Part shown: one piece after another, positions 48,596 to 56,281 of the stretch
How positions within the stretch are numbered: position 1 is the stretch's first letter
Layout of the letters: every line of letters starts with the position of its first letter
Source: a virus
Taxonomy: Duplodnaviria > Caudoviricetes
Reading direction: 5' to 3' (one strand)
IMG/VR virus record: IMGVR_UViG_3300042892_000077
Span: 1-56,281 of that record
Length of the DNA: 56,281 nucleotides
Program-made: the position numbers and the translations under genes
Notes under the pieces: model-generated
What the model was told of the DNA's origin: nothing
Databases searched by the model: none
What the model saw: the letters and a program-made list of their open reading frames with translations, nothing else

Positions 48596-49266
48596 TGATT
48601 ACCCGAGACTTCTCCTCGCTCTCCGTCCGGCTCCAGCCCAGTGTGCCGGGGTGCCCGCGCCAAACGATTACGCAGTACGTACGCGACTGTGCTATCCGGG
48701 TGTGCGAGCGCACGCTGGCATGGCGCTACCAGCAGCCAAGGTTCAACTTGACGCCCGGCACATACGTGTACAACTACAGCAAGCCTGTGGATACCGAGGT
48801 GTGCGCCGTGTTTTCGTCGCTGATGAACGACAACCAGCTTGAGGTGCTGACGCTGGAGCAAGCGTTGGAGTCGTACCCCAAGTGGGCCGACAAGTACACG
48901 ACAACGGGCGACATCGCCCTGTACGGTAGCCAGCCGCAGGCCATCACCCAGATTTCCCCATCACAGTACGCTGTCCTGCCGTTGCCAGACGCGCTTGTTC
49001 CATACAATATGCGCATGATCTATGCGCTGCGCCCGACGCGCTCCTCCTCCGGCATGGACGAGGTGATGTTCAACGAACTCGAAGACGTGATCATGCACGG
49101 TGCGCTTCAGGAACTGCTGGCCCTCCCCAAGACAAGCTGGTCTGACCGGGAGTTGGCCGCGTACCACGCCAAGCAGCATCTGTCGCAACTCACTGAGCGC
49201 CGGGCACGGGCAAACATCGGCAATGCACGGGGTACTGTTATGACCCGAATGAACCCGTTTCGATAA
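48595..49266 (+). CDS. Putative second adaptor/tail tubular A-like protein
   Basis: PSVPGCP...CERTLAWR; TAATG coupling. Confidence 0.55.
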   Translation: MITRDFSSLSVRLQPSVPGCPRQTITQYVRDCAIRVCERTLAWRYQQPRFNLTPGTYVYNYSKPVDTEVCAVFSSLMNDNQLEVLTLEQALESYPKWADKYTTTGDIALYGSQPQAITQISPSQYAVLPLPDALVPYNMRMIYALRPTRSSSGMDEVMFNELEDVIMHGALQELLALPKTSWSDRELAAYHAKQHLSQLTERRARANIGNARGTVMTRMNPFR

Positions 49267-49274
49267 GGCAGAAC

Positions 49275-49604
49275 ATGGCAACCTACAAACTGGTACAGGG
49301 CGACACCGCGCCGCAACTTCGACTGGCTCTGTCCAATACCCAGACTGGGGTCGCAACCGACCTGACCGGGGCAACTGTAACCCTGCACTTTCGGGCCAGC
49401 GGTTCGACAACGCTCTTGTTCAGCCGTCCGGCAATCATCGTCGCTCCAGCAACCAACGGGATTGCCATCGTCGCTTGGGCAATCGGTGATCTTGACCGTG
49501 ATGCGGGCGAGTACGAGGGTGAAGTTGAGGTCGTGCTGGGCACGGGCGAGCGGGAAACAATCTACGACATCTTGCAGTTTGAATTGCGAGAGGACTTTGC
49601 GTGA
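49275..49604 (+). CDS. BppU-N-like fibre-anchor protein
   Basis: VQGDTAP, DLTGATV, GEYEGEVEV motifs. Confidence 0.65.
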   Translation: MATYKLVQGDTAPQLRLALSNTQTGVATDLTGATVTLHFRASGSTTLLFSRPAIIVAPATNGIAIVAWAIGDLDRDAGEYEGEVEVVLGTGERETIYDILQFELREDFA

Positions 49605-50452
49605 AACTTGTAACAGCGTATCTGGCGGTCAGACTGGCTGCGGGCATCACCGCAAACCGTCTACGCCTGAGCGTTGCTGCAAGCCGGATGCGGCTGACCA
49701 TCGGTGTTCTGGGCCTGCGACTGGTCTCGACGCTGGGGGAGTTCCTCCAGATTCTGACCAAGCAAGATACCGTGGGTGTGCAGGAATCCCGCCGCGCCAG
49801 CATGACGCGAGTACGCAGCGACGACGCATTTATCACTGATTTTGCGGTTGTTGTCCCCAACAAGAAGGTCTACGACGGTACAAGTTTCGGGGATGGCGAG
49901 CCGTATTTCCTAGAAGATTACGTGGTCGGTGCCCCTGATTTCCAGACTTACACGCTCGGGATTCAGGTATTCAAGGACATCACCAAGCCTCGGGCTGAGG
50001 CACTGGGTGTCGCGGAATCGTCTGAGATCGTCCTCCAGAAGAACTTTACTGAGAACATTACCATCACCGATGACGTGAACGGTGGGTTGTTTGACACCGA
50101 TGATCAGTTGCTGGAGTTCTTCAAGGCCGCGTCCAACACGTCTGCGGTCTCTGATCTTGCAACCCGGAGCGTGGGGGCCGTCCGCAGCGATGCTGCCGCC
50201 GTAGCCGAGTCAAGCACCCTGAGCATTACCACCAGCCGCTTCGAGGCGCTGCTGGCTTCTGACGCCCCGCAGATCATCTTCGCAACCAGTAAGGCGGATG
50301 CCACTGGCGTAACTGACGCTTTCAATGTATCCTTTGGGGGTGTTTACGCTGAACCGCCCACGGCCCAAGACTCAGGAAGTTTGCGCAGCCAAGGATACGT
50401 AGAGTTCAGTTATTTTGCCGAAGACTACGTGGGGTCGTCCCGAACTTTCTAA
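49601..50452 (+). CDS. Hypothetical tail protein
   Basis: GAGGA RBS + GTG start; YF(L/A)EDYV occurs twice. Confidence 0.55.
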   Translation: MKLVTAYLAVRLAAGITANRLRLSVAASRMRLTIGVLGLRLVSTLGEFLQILTKQDTVGVQESRRASMTRVRSDDAFITDFAVVVPNKKVYDGTSFGDGEPYFLEDYVVGAPDFQTYTLGIQVFKDITKPRAEALGVAESSEIVLQKNFTENITITDDVNGGLFDTDDQLLEFFKAASNTSAVSDLATRSVGAVRSDAAAVAESSTLSITTSRFEALLASDAPQIIFATSKADATGVTDAFNVSFGGVYAEPPTAQDSGSLRSQGYVEFSYFAEDYVGSSRTF

Positions 50453-50462
50453 AGGAATCGCT

Positions 50463-50924
50463 ATGAACGCAAACGACAAACTTCAACTCTCAGGTGCGCT
50501 GGGCATCGTCATCACCGGCAAAGACGGCGTGGTCAAGGAGTCGAAAACTGTACCCAACCTTGTAGTCAACGCAGGCTTGGCGTTCATCACCAGCCGCATG
50601 ACCGGCACCGCCAAGGCTGTAATGAGCCACATGGCTGTGGGTGCAGGTACCTCGGCTGCTGCCGCGACTGACACCGATCTGGGCAGTCTGCTGGGAGTAC
50701 GTAAAGCGCTGACCAGCGCGACTATCTCCGGGGCCAACAACCAAGCCATCGTGTACGTTGCCACCTTCGCCGCTGGCGAGGGCACTGGCGCTATCACAGA
50801 AGCAGGCATCTTCAATGCAAGCAGCAGCGGGGACATGCTCTGCCGCACGGTGTTTGCAGTGGTCAACAAGGCTGTTGACGACACGATGCAGATCACTTGG
50901 ACTATCACGCTGTCGGCTTCTTAA
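50463..50924 (+). CDS. Tail fibre-collar-like structural protein
   Basis: NLVVNAG, HMAVGAGT, ITEAGIFNA, ITWTI. Confidence 0.65.
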   Translation: MNANDKLQLSGALGIVITGKDGVVKESKTVPNLVVNAGLAFITSRMTGTAKAVMSHMAVGAGTSAAAATDTDLGSLLGVRKALTSATISGANNQAIVYVATFAAGEGTGAITEAGIFNASSSGDMLCRTVFAVVNKAVDDTMQITWTITLSAS

Positions 50925-50934
50925 GAGGTAGCAC

Positions 50935-51180
50935 ATGGCTGTCATCGTCACACGAACAGGTAAAGGCTCCCCGCTTACAAACGCGGAGTTGGACGCCAAC
51001 TTTGTCAACATCAACAACCAGCTTGCGACGGCAGATATTACTGCTGGCACGATCACTGGAATTACTGACTTGGCAATTGCTGACGGTGGCACAGGTGCGT
51101 CCAACGTGGCTGGGGCGCAGGCCAATTTACAGGTAGACCCCGCTGGTACGGCTGTGGCCCTCGCCATCGCGCTTGGATAA
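50935..51180 (+). CDS. Short fibre-like protein
   Basis: KGSPLTNAELDANF, LAIADGGTGAS, ALAIALG. Confidence 0.65.
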   Translation: MAVIVTRTGKGSPLTNAELDANFVNINNQLATADITAGTITGITDLAIADGGTGASNVAGAQANLQVDPAGTAVALAIALG

Positions 51181-51189
51181 GGATAAATC

Positions 51190-51516
51190 ATGGCAAATAC
51201 ATTCAAAAACTTCTTGAGCAAGAACGTCGGCACATCCCCTGCCACGGTCTACACATGCCCGACCGCGACCCAGACCACCATCATCGGGTTCTCAATTGCC
51301 AACACCTCGGCCTCCCCGATCACCTGTGATGCCTACATCACGTCCAGCGCAGTGAGCTACTACCTCATCAAGTCGGCTGTGGTGCCTGTGGGTGGTTCGC
51401 TGGTCATCGTGGGTGGCGACCAGAAGGTCGTGCTTGAGGCGGCGGATGTGCTGCTTGTTGTAACCTCGGCGGCAACGTCTGCTGATGCGGTCTGCTCCCT
51501 GCTGGAGATTGCATAA
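51190..51516 (+). CDS. Small structural protein
   Basis: MANTFKN...VYTCP...KVVLEAAD; AAGGA RBS. Confidence 0.65.
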   Translation: MANTFKNFLSKNVGTSPATVYTCPTATQTTIIGFSIANTSASPITCDAYITSSAVSYYLIKSAVVPVGGSLVIVGGDQKVVLEAADVLLVVTSAATSADAVCSLLEIA

Positions 51517-52799
51517 TGGCATACATCGGCTCCACTCCAACCACCCAGAGCTTCGTCGCTGGGACGGACTACTTCAACGGTACGGGGTCGCAGGTTGCCT
51601 TCACGCTCAGTCGGTCGGTCAACTCGGTCAATGACATTGAAGTCATCGTCAACAATGTCGAGCAGATTCCCAGCGGCTACTCGGTATCGGGTACAACGCT
51701 CACGTTCTCAGCAGCCCCATCGGCGGGTACGAGCAATGTGTATGTGCGGTATCTGACAACGACTTTGCAAAGCATTGCACCCGGTCAAGGTACAGTAGGA
51801 ACCACTCAATTACAAGATAATTCTGTTACGGCTTCAAAAATTGCTAGCGGCGCGGTGTCACCGGCTGCTGTGTCAGACCAAAATAATACCTCCACTGGGT
51901 ATTTTGATTTGCCTGCTGGGACTACAGCACAGCGCCCGGGAACACCTGTTAATGGGATGCTTCGGTACAACAGCACTACAGCTAAAATTGAAGCCTATCA
52001 AAACGGTGGGTGGACAAATTACGCCCTTGCATATGACATTCAGGTTCTTGTAGTAGCTGGCGGCGGTGGCGGTTCTGCTACGGCTGGCGGTGGCGGCGGT
52101 GGCGGCGGTTATATTGCCACGACAGCAAGCGTTAGTTCAGCAGGCGCGTACGCAATTATTATTGGCGGCGGCGGTACTGGGGCTACGGTTGACGGGGGCA
52201 GTGGCGTAAACGGAACAGCTTCCGCGTTTGCTCTTACGACTACTGTAGGCGGCGGCGGCGGAGCGCACGGTGGAGCTAACACACTAGGCGGTGGTTCAGG
52301 CGGCGGTGGCGGATATGGTTCACTTGCGGCAGGTGGAATTGGAACAGTTGGCCAAGGAAATAACGGCGGTGCAGGCGGAAATGTCAACGCACCAAATTAT
52401 CCTTGCGGCGGTGGCGGCGGTGCAGGCGCGGTTGGCGGTTCTTGTACTCCGGGTTCCGCTGCGGGTGGCCTTGGCGGCGCGGGTGCGCAATGGCTTAACG
52501 GGTCGTACTACGCTGGCGGCGGTGGGGGTTCTGGTACAGGAAATGCTGCTGGGGGCGTAGGCGGCGGCGGCAGAGGTGGCCTCGTTGCTGATGCAACAAA
52601 ATTACCCGGCACTGCCAATACAGGCGGCGGTGGCGGTGGCGGTGGATTCGGTGGTACTGGTGGCGCTATCGGTAATGGTGGCTCTGGCGTTGTCATCGTC
52701 CGTTACGAGGGGGCTACAAAAGGTACGGGCGGCACTATAACTTCCGCAGGTGGCTTTACATTCCACACCTTTACTTCATCTGGCACATTCACGGCGTAA
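51516..52799 (+). CDS. Glycine-rich tail fibre/adhesin
   Basis: LPAGTTAQRP..G.LRYN; VVAGGGGG...GGSGVVIVRY polyglycine domain. Confidence 0.75.
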   Translation: MAYIGSTPTTQSFVAGTDYFNGTGSQVAFTLSRSVNSVNDIEVIVNNVEQIPSGYSVSGTTLTFSAAPSAGTSNVYVRYLTTTLQSIAPGQGTVGTTQLQDNSVTASKIASGAVSPAAVSDQNNTSTGYFDLPAGTTAQRPGTPVNGMLRYNSTTAKIEAYQNGGWTNYALAYDIQVLVVAGGGGGSATAGGGGGGGGYIATTASVSSAGAYAIIIGGGGTGATVDGGSGVNGTASAFALTTTVGGGGGAHGGANTLGGGSGGGGGYGSLAAGGIGTVGQGNNGGAGGNVNAPNYPCGGGGGAGAVGGSCTPGSAAGGLGGAGAQWLNGSYYAGGGGGSGTGNAAGGVGGGGRGGLVADATKLPGTANTGGGGGGGGFGGTGGAIGNGGSGVVIVRYEGATKGTGGTITSAGGFTFHTFTSSGTFTA

Positions 52800-52808
52800 G
52801 GATAGGAC

Positions 52809-53093
52809 ATGGCGCATTTTGCAAAAGTTGTTAACGGCCTAGTAATGCAAGTCATCGTTGCAGAGCCAGAATTCTTCAACACATTTGTGGACTCTAGTTC
52901 AGGTGAGTGGGTACAGACCAGCTACAACATGCTGGGGGGCGCTCATGCACTCGGTGGTACTCCCCTGCGTAAAAACTACGCTGGCATCGGGTACACATAC
53001 GATAGCACCCGTGATGCGTTTATCCCACCAAAACCAGAAGGCGACTGGACATTAAACGAAGACACTTGTTTGTGGGAAACGGAGATTAAATAA
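52809..53093 (+). CDS. Small partner of the Gly-rich fibre
   Basis: MAHFAKV...WVQTSYN...RKNYAGIGYTYD..RDAFIPP. Confidence 0.7.
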   Translation: MAHFAKVVNGLVMQVIVAEPEFFNTFVDSSSGEWVQTSYNMLGGAHALGGTPLRKNYAGIGYTYDSTRDAFIPPKPEGDWTLNEDTCLWETEIK

Positions 53094-53596
53094 TGCCACT
53101 CAGCAAAATTGACAGCGACAGCCTGAACAGCGGGTTGACTTTTAGCGGCCAGCAAACGATACCCACCATCAACCTGACGGGTGGTCAGATCACGTTCCCC
53201 GCAACCCAAGTGCCATCGGCTGACGCAAACACGCTGGATGATTATGAGGAGGGAACTTGGACGCCTGCGCTTGCTCCCGTAACTGGAACAATTACCTCAC
53301 AAAGTGTTTTTGGTAGTTATATAAAAATAGGCAATCAAGTAACTTTAACTTTTAAAGCAATTATCACTGGTGGGACAGTTACCGCTATAGGCACTATTGG
53401 CGGCTTTCCATTTACCTCCATAAACGCTAACCAGCAAGCGTGCGGCGCGGCAAGGGAAATACAAGTAACGGGAGCAATATACCAAATTGCAGCAGTTGGT
53501 AACACTGTTACAGCGGATGTTCGTAAATACGACAACTCAACTGCTGTTACAAACTCTTATGGCTGGCAAGGTTCTATAACTTACATCACTTCATAA
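53093..53596 (+). CDS. Short fibre/adhesin
   Basis: SADANTLDDYEEGTWTP...YIKIGNQV...GFPF. Confidence 0.7.
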   Translation: MPLSKIDSDSLNSGLTFSGQQTIPTINLTGGQITFPATQVPSADANTLDDYEEGTWTPALAPVTGTITSQSVFGSYIKIGNQVTLTFKAIITGGTVTAIGTIGGFPFTSINANQQACGAAREIQVTGAIYQIAAVGNTVTADVRKYDNSTAVTNSYGWQGSITYITS

Positions 53597-53606
53597 AAGG
53601 AAACCC

Positions 53607-53861
53607 ATGCCAACATTCACCGAATCTAAAGTCATCGACCAGATCACCGTCACTGAGAACGGCACTGTGCTGTACCGCGAGGCTACACGCATCCTCAAGG
53701 ATGGCGACCAGATTGCTCAGACCTACCACCGCACCAGCCTGACGCCGGGCCAAGACCTCACAGGCCAACCAGCCAACGCGGTGGCTATCTGTAACGCAGC
53801 TTGGACACCAGAGGTTGTTGCAGCCTACCAAGCCGCACAAGCCAACCGGGAAACACCATGA
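53607..53861 (+). CDS. Small fibre partner protein
   Basis: DQITVTENG...YHRTSLTPG...ICNAAWT; AAGGA RBS. Confidence 0.7.
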   Translation: MPTFTESKVIDQITVTENGTVLYREATRILKDGDQIAQTYHRTSLTPGQDLTGQPANAVAICNAAWTPEVVAAYQAAQANRETP

Positions 53862-55453
53862 GCTACATAGGCGCAGAGCCAACCACAGCAGCGTTTCCGT
53901 TTGACCAGTTCAGCGGGACGGGCGCAGCTACATCTTTCACGCTGACTTACGCTCCTGCGAGTGCTACGTCTATCCTTGTCGCCATCTCTGGCGTGATGCA
54001 GAACCCCAACCTGTACTCAGTCATTGGGACAACCCTGTCGTTCAGCCCAGCCCCACCAGCGGGAACCAACAACATCTCGGTGCTGTATCTGGGCCTGCCG
54101 GTCATCGGCTCAAGCTCACCGGGCAACACTGCGTTCATGAGTTCAACTGATCTGACTGCCACGGCGGGCCAGACTGTCTTTGCTTCTGCGGGCAGCTACA
54201 CCCCCGGCTTCGTGCAGGTCTACCGCAACGGCGCAAGGCTGGGCAACGCTGACTTCACAGCTACCAACGGAACCACCATCACGCTGGCTGTAGGGGCCAC
54301 TGCTGGCGATCTGGTGACGATTGAGTACTACACCCTCACTTCGCTGACCAACGCCCTCCCACTGACAGGCGGGACAGTAACTGGGTCAACGACATTTAAT
54401 ACCGGAGTCACGATCAATGGGGGCTTGGTGTCGGGCTTCACGGGCATGAAGAACAGGATCATCAACGGGAACATGGTGATAAGCCAAAGGAATAACTCTA
54501 CGAGTGTGACGCCTGCGGCTTCGGCTTACACGTTGGATCGCTGGGAAGCTGGTATGTCGGCGGCGTCCAAGTTTTCAGTCCAGCGCAGCACAACAGCGCC
54601 AGCAGGCTTTACAAATTCTTTGTTGGCAACCAGTACGTCGGCATATACGGCCACCACAAGCCAGACGTTTAACCTGACGCAGTTCATTGAAGGCTTTAAC
54701 GTAGCTGACATGGGTTTTGGCACTGCCAGCGCTCAGACTTTTACTTTGTCGTTTCAGGTTCGTAGTTCGCTTACAGGCACGTTTGGTGGCGCTTTCCAGA
54801 ACTCAGACCGCACAAGATCGTATCCCTTTACGTTCACCATCAGCGCGGCCAACACGTTTGAAACAAAGACGGTGACAGTGGCGGGGGATACTTCGGGCAC
54901 ATGGCTGACTGACAGCGGTCGCGGCTTGAACGTGATCTTTTCTTTGGGCGCTGGCGCTACTCTTAGCGGCACATCAGGTGCATGGGCCACAGCAACCTAC
55001 TACTCAGCCACAGGCGCAACCTCCGTTGTTGGCACAAGCGGCGCAACCTTCTACATCACTGGTGTGCAACTGGAGCGCGGCAGCAACGCCACCAGCTTTG
55101 AGTTCATTGACTACGGACGGCAGTTGGCACAGTGTCAGCGGTATTATCAATTAGCAGAAGGTTTTAATGGTATTGCTGCGGGTAGTGGTACAGTTATGTA
55201 CTGCACTATGCAATTTAAAACAGAAATGCGTGCAAATCCAAGTGTGTCTGCAAATGCCAACATTCAAATTACATATCCGGGTGTAAATGACTACACACAA
55301 TCTTCCCCAAGTATTACGATAAGTGCAGGCAGGGTATCCACAAGGGCAATCCAGTTAAATATAAATAATTTTACAGGACTTACAAGCCTTAGCCCGTTGT
55401 CACACAATGTTGGAATAAACAATGCTTCTGTAACACTTAGTTCGGAGTTATAA
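53858..55453 (+). CDS. Tail fibre/receptor-binding protein
   Basis: N-terminal Ig-like repeats; MKNRIING...VQLERG...CQRYY; ends in SSEL. Confidence 0.75.
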   Translation: MSYIGAEPTTAAFPFDQFSGTGAATSFTLTYAPASATSILVAISGVMQNPNLYSVIGTTLSFSPAPPAGTNNISVLYLGLPVIGSSSPGNTAFMSSTDLTATAGQTVFASAGSYTPGFVQVYRNGARLGNADFTATNGTTITLAVGATAGDLVTIEYYTLTSLTNALPLTGGTVTGSTTFNTGVTINGGLVSGFTGMKNRIINGNMVISQRNNSTSVTPAASAYTLDRWEAGMSAASKFSVQRSTTAPAGFTNSLLATSTSAYTATTSQTFNLTQFIEGFNVADMGFGTASAQTFTLSFQVRSSLTGTFGGAFQNSDRTRSYPFTFTISAANTFETKTVTVAGDTSGTWLTDSGRGLNVIFSLGAGATLSGTSGAWATATYYSATGATSVVGTSGATFYITGVQLERGSNATSFEFIDYGRQLAQCQRYYQLAEGFNGIAAGSGTVMYCTMQFKTEMRANPSVSANANIQITYPGVNDYTQSSPSITISAGRVSTRAIQLNINNFTGLTSLSPLSHNVGINNASVTLSSEL

Positions 55454-55615
55454 ATGTACAAACAATACAAAGACACAATGACTGGCGAAGTCGCAGACAA
55501 AGCAATCATCCGCACAGCAGACGGTGCATGTATCCCCTTTGACCCCGCGAACACCGACTACATCGCTTACTTGGCATGGCTTGAAGCTGGCAACACACCG
55601 GAGGCAGCAGAATGA
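55454..55615 (+). CDS. Small fibre chaperone-like protein (53 aa), paralog of 1090..1233
   Basis: [27 protein letters not shown]; absent from ORF track. Confidence 0.7.
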   Translation: MYKQYKDTMTGEVADKAIIRTADGACIPFDPANTDYIAYLAWLEAGNTPEAAE

Positions 55616-56070
55616 CCGCAGCAGTAACTCTCGCATCACTGGGCAACGGCCCAGCGTTTAATGCTTATACAAAAACAGCACAATCAATTTCATCAAGTAC
55701 GTTTACAAAAATTCAGTTTAACGTAAAAAGATTTGATACCGCAACAGCGTATGACGCAACCACTAACTATAGATTTCAACCTTTAGTCGCTGGATACTAT
55801 CAAATTAATGCAAACATAAGCGGTGGTGGAGGCACTACTGGCTATTGGCAATGTTACATATTTAAAAATGCAAGTCAATATTCTGCCGGTAGCGGCATCC
55901 CCAATAACACTAATGTTGGTGGAAAAATAACTGCGTCAACAGTTATGTATCTTAATGGATCAACTGACTACGCTGAGTTTTATGTTTGGCAGAATAACGG
56001 AACTTCTATTGCACTACAAGTTGCCGATGGAGATAACACCTTTTCGGGTGCAATGGTAAGGGGCGCATAA
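55612..56070 (+). CDS. C1q/TNF-like beta-sandwich adhesin
   Basis: PAFNAY, KIQFN..FD, YRFQPLVAGYYQIN, LNGSTDY.E, FSGAMV. Confidence 0.7.
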   Translation: MTAAVTLASLGNGPAFNAYTKTAQSISSSTFTKIQFNVKRFDTATAYDATTNYRFQPLVAGYYQINANISGGGGTTGYWQCYIFKNASQYSAGSGIPNNTNVGGKITASTVMYLNGSTDYAEFYVWQNNGTSIALQVADGDNTFSGAMVRGA

Positions 56071-56071
56071 C

Positions 56072-56233
56072 ATGACACTCTACGACAAAATCATGGCTTT
56101 GTACCCGTCACTCACAGACAGTGACTTCATGACCACAATCAGGCTCCAGAACGACTCTGACGGTAGGGGCGACTACATTGCTGCGTGGGAACACCCAACG
56201 CTGGCACGACCAACTGAGGAGCAATTGGCATGA
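56072..56233 (+). CDS. XkdW-like small protein (53 aa)
   Basis: ALYP....DF...LQNDSDGRGDYIAAWEHPTLARPTEEQL; ATGA coupling into the gene at 8. Confidence 0.65.
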   Translation: MTLYDKIMALYPSLTDSDFMTTIRLQNDSDGRGDYIAAWEHPTLARPTEEQLA

Positions 56234-56281
56234 CACTCACAACAGTAAACCCAGCCCTGCTGGACACCCAAGCCCAGTACA
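56223..56281. repeat. Terminal direct repeat (copy 2)
   Basis: Identical to nt 1-59. Confidence 0.97.

Noticed and set aside
53858-55453. Diversity-generating retroelement or invertible shufflon acting on the fibre tips
   Set aside because: No reverse transcriptase, no TR/VR pair differing only at adenines, and no invertase or inverted cassettes were seen.
56223-56281. Biological terminal repeat
   Set aside because: It is 59 nt long and falls across a gene junction in the fibre array, which fits an assembly k-mer overlap of a circular contig better than a physical end.
1-56281. Stop-codon reassignment, tRNA genes, introns or inteins
   Set aside because: Core genes are intact and of normal length in the standard code; no tRNA-like or splicing signatures were noticed by eye.

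Overview
This window is an apparently complete, circularly assembled dsDNA tailed-phage genome of about 56,222 bp: the last 59 nt (56223-56281) exactly repeat nt 1-59. It has two arms. The plus strand (38853 through the contig end to 17995) carries terminase, portal, scaffold, major capsid, head/tail adaptors, a tandem array of fibre/adhesin genes, a lysis cassette (3-TM holin, M15 peptidase), a tail-tube/nozzle-like protein and putative ejection proteins, including an SLT lysozyme and a 2608-aa polyvalent protein. The minus strand (38449 down to 17988) carries early genes, a MoxR-AAA/vWA-metallopeptidase module, a family A DNA polymerase, a Cas4-like exonuclease, VRR-NUC, an SNF2 helicase, an SSB-like protein, an HTH regulator and a primase-DUF927 helicase. 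No tape measure, sheath, integrase, tRNA, CRISPR array or reverse transcriptase was recognised, so podovirus-like morphology is inferred. The most notable observations are: (1) a 48-aa gene with its own AAGGAG RBS overprinted in the +1 frame inside the giant virion gene; (2) five consecutive 'adhesin + small partner' gene pairs with AT-rich, apparently swappable tips; (3) two paralogous early genes in separate promoter-terminator cassettes flanking an iteron-rich, origin-like region; (4) a probably leaderless terS promoter. Family assignments come from motif recognition by eye; no database searches were run.
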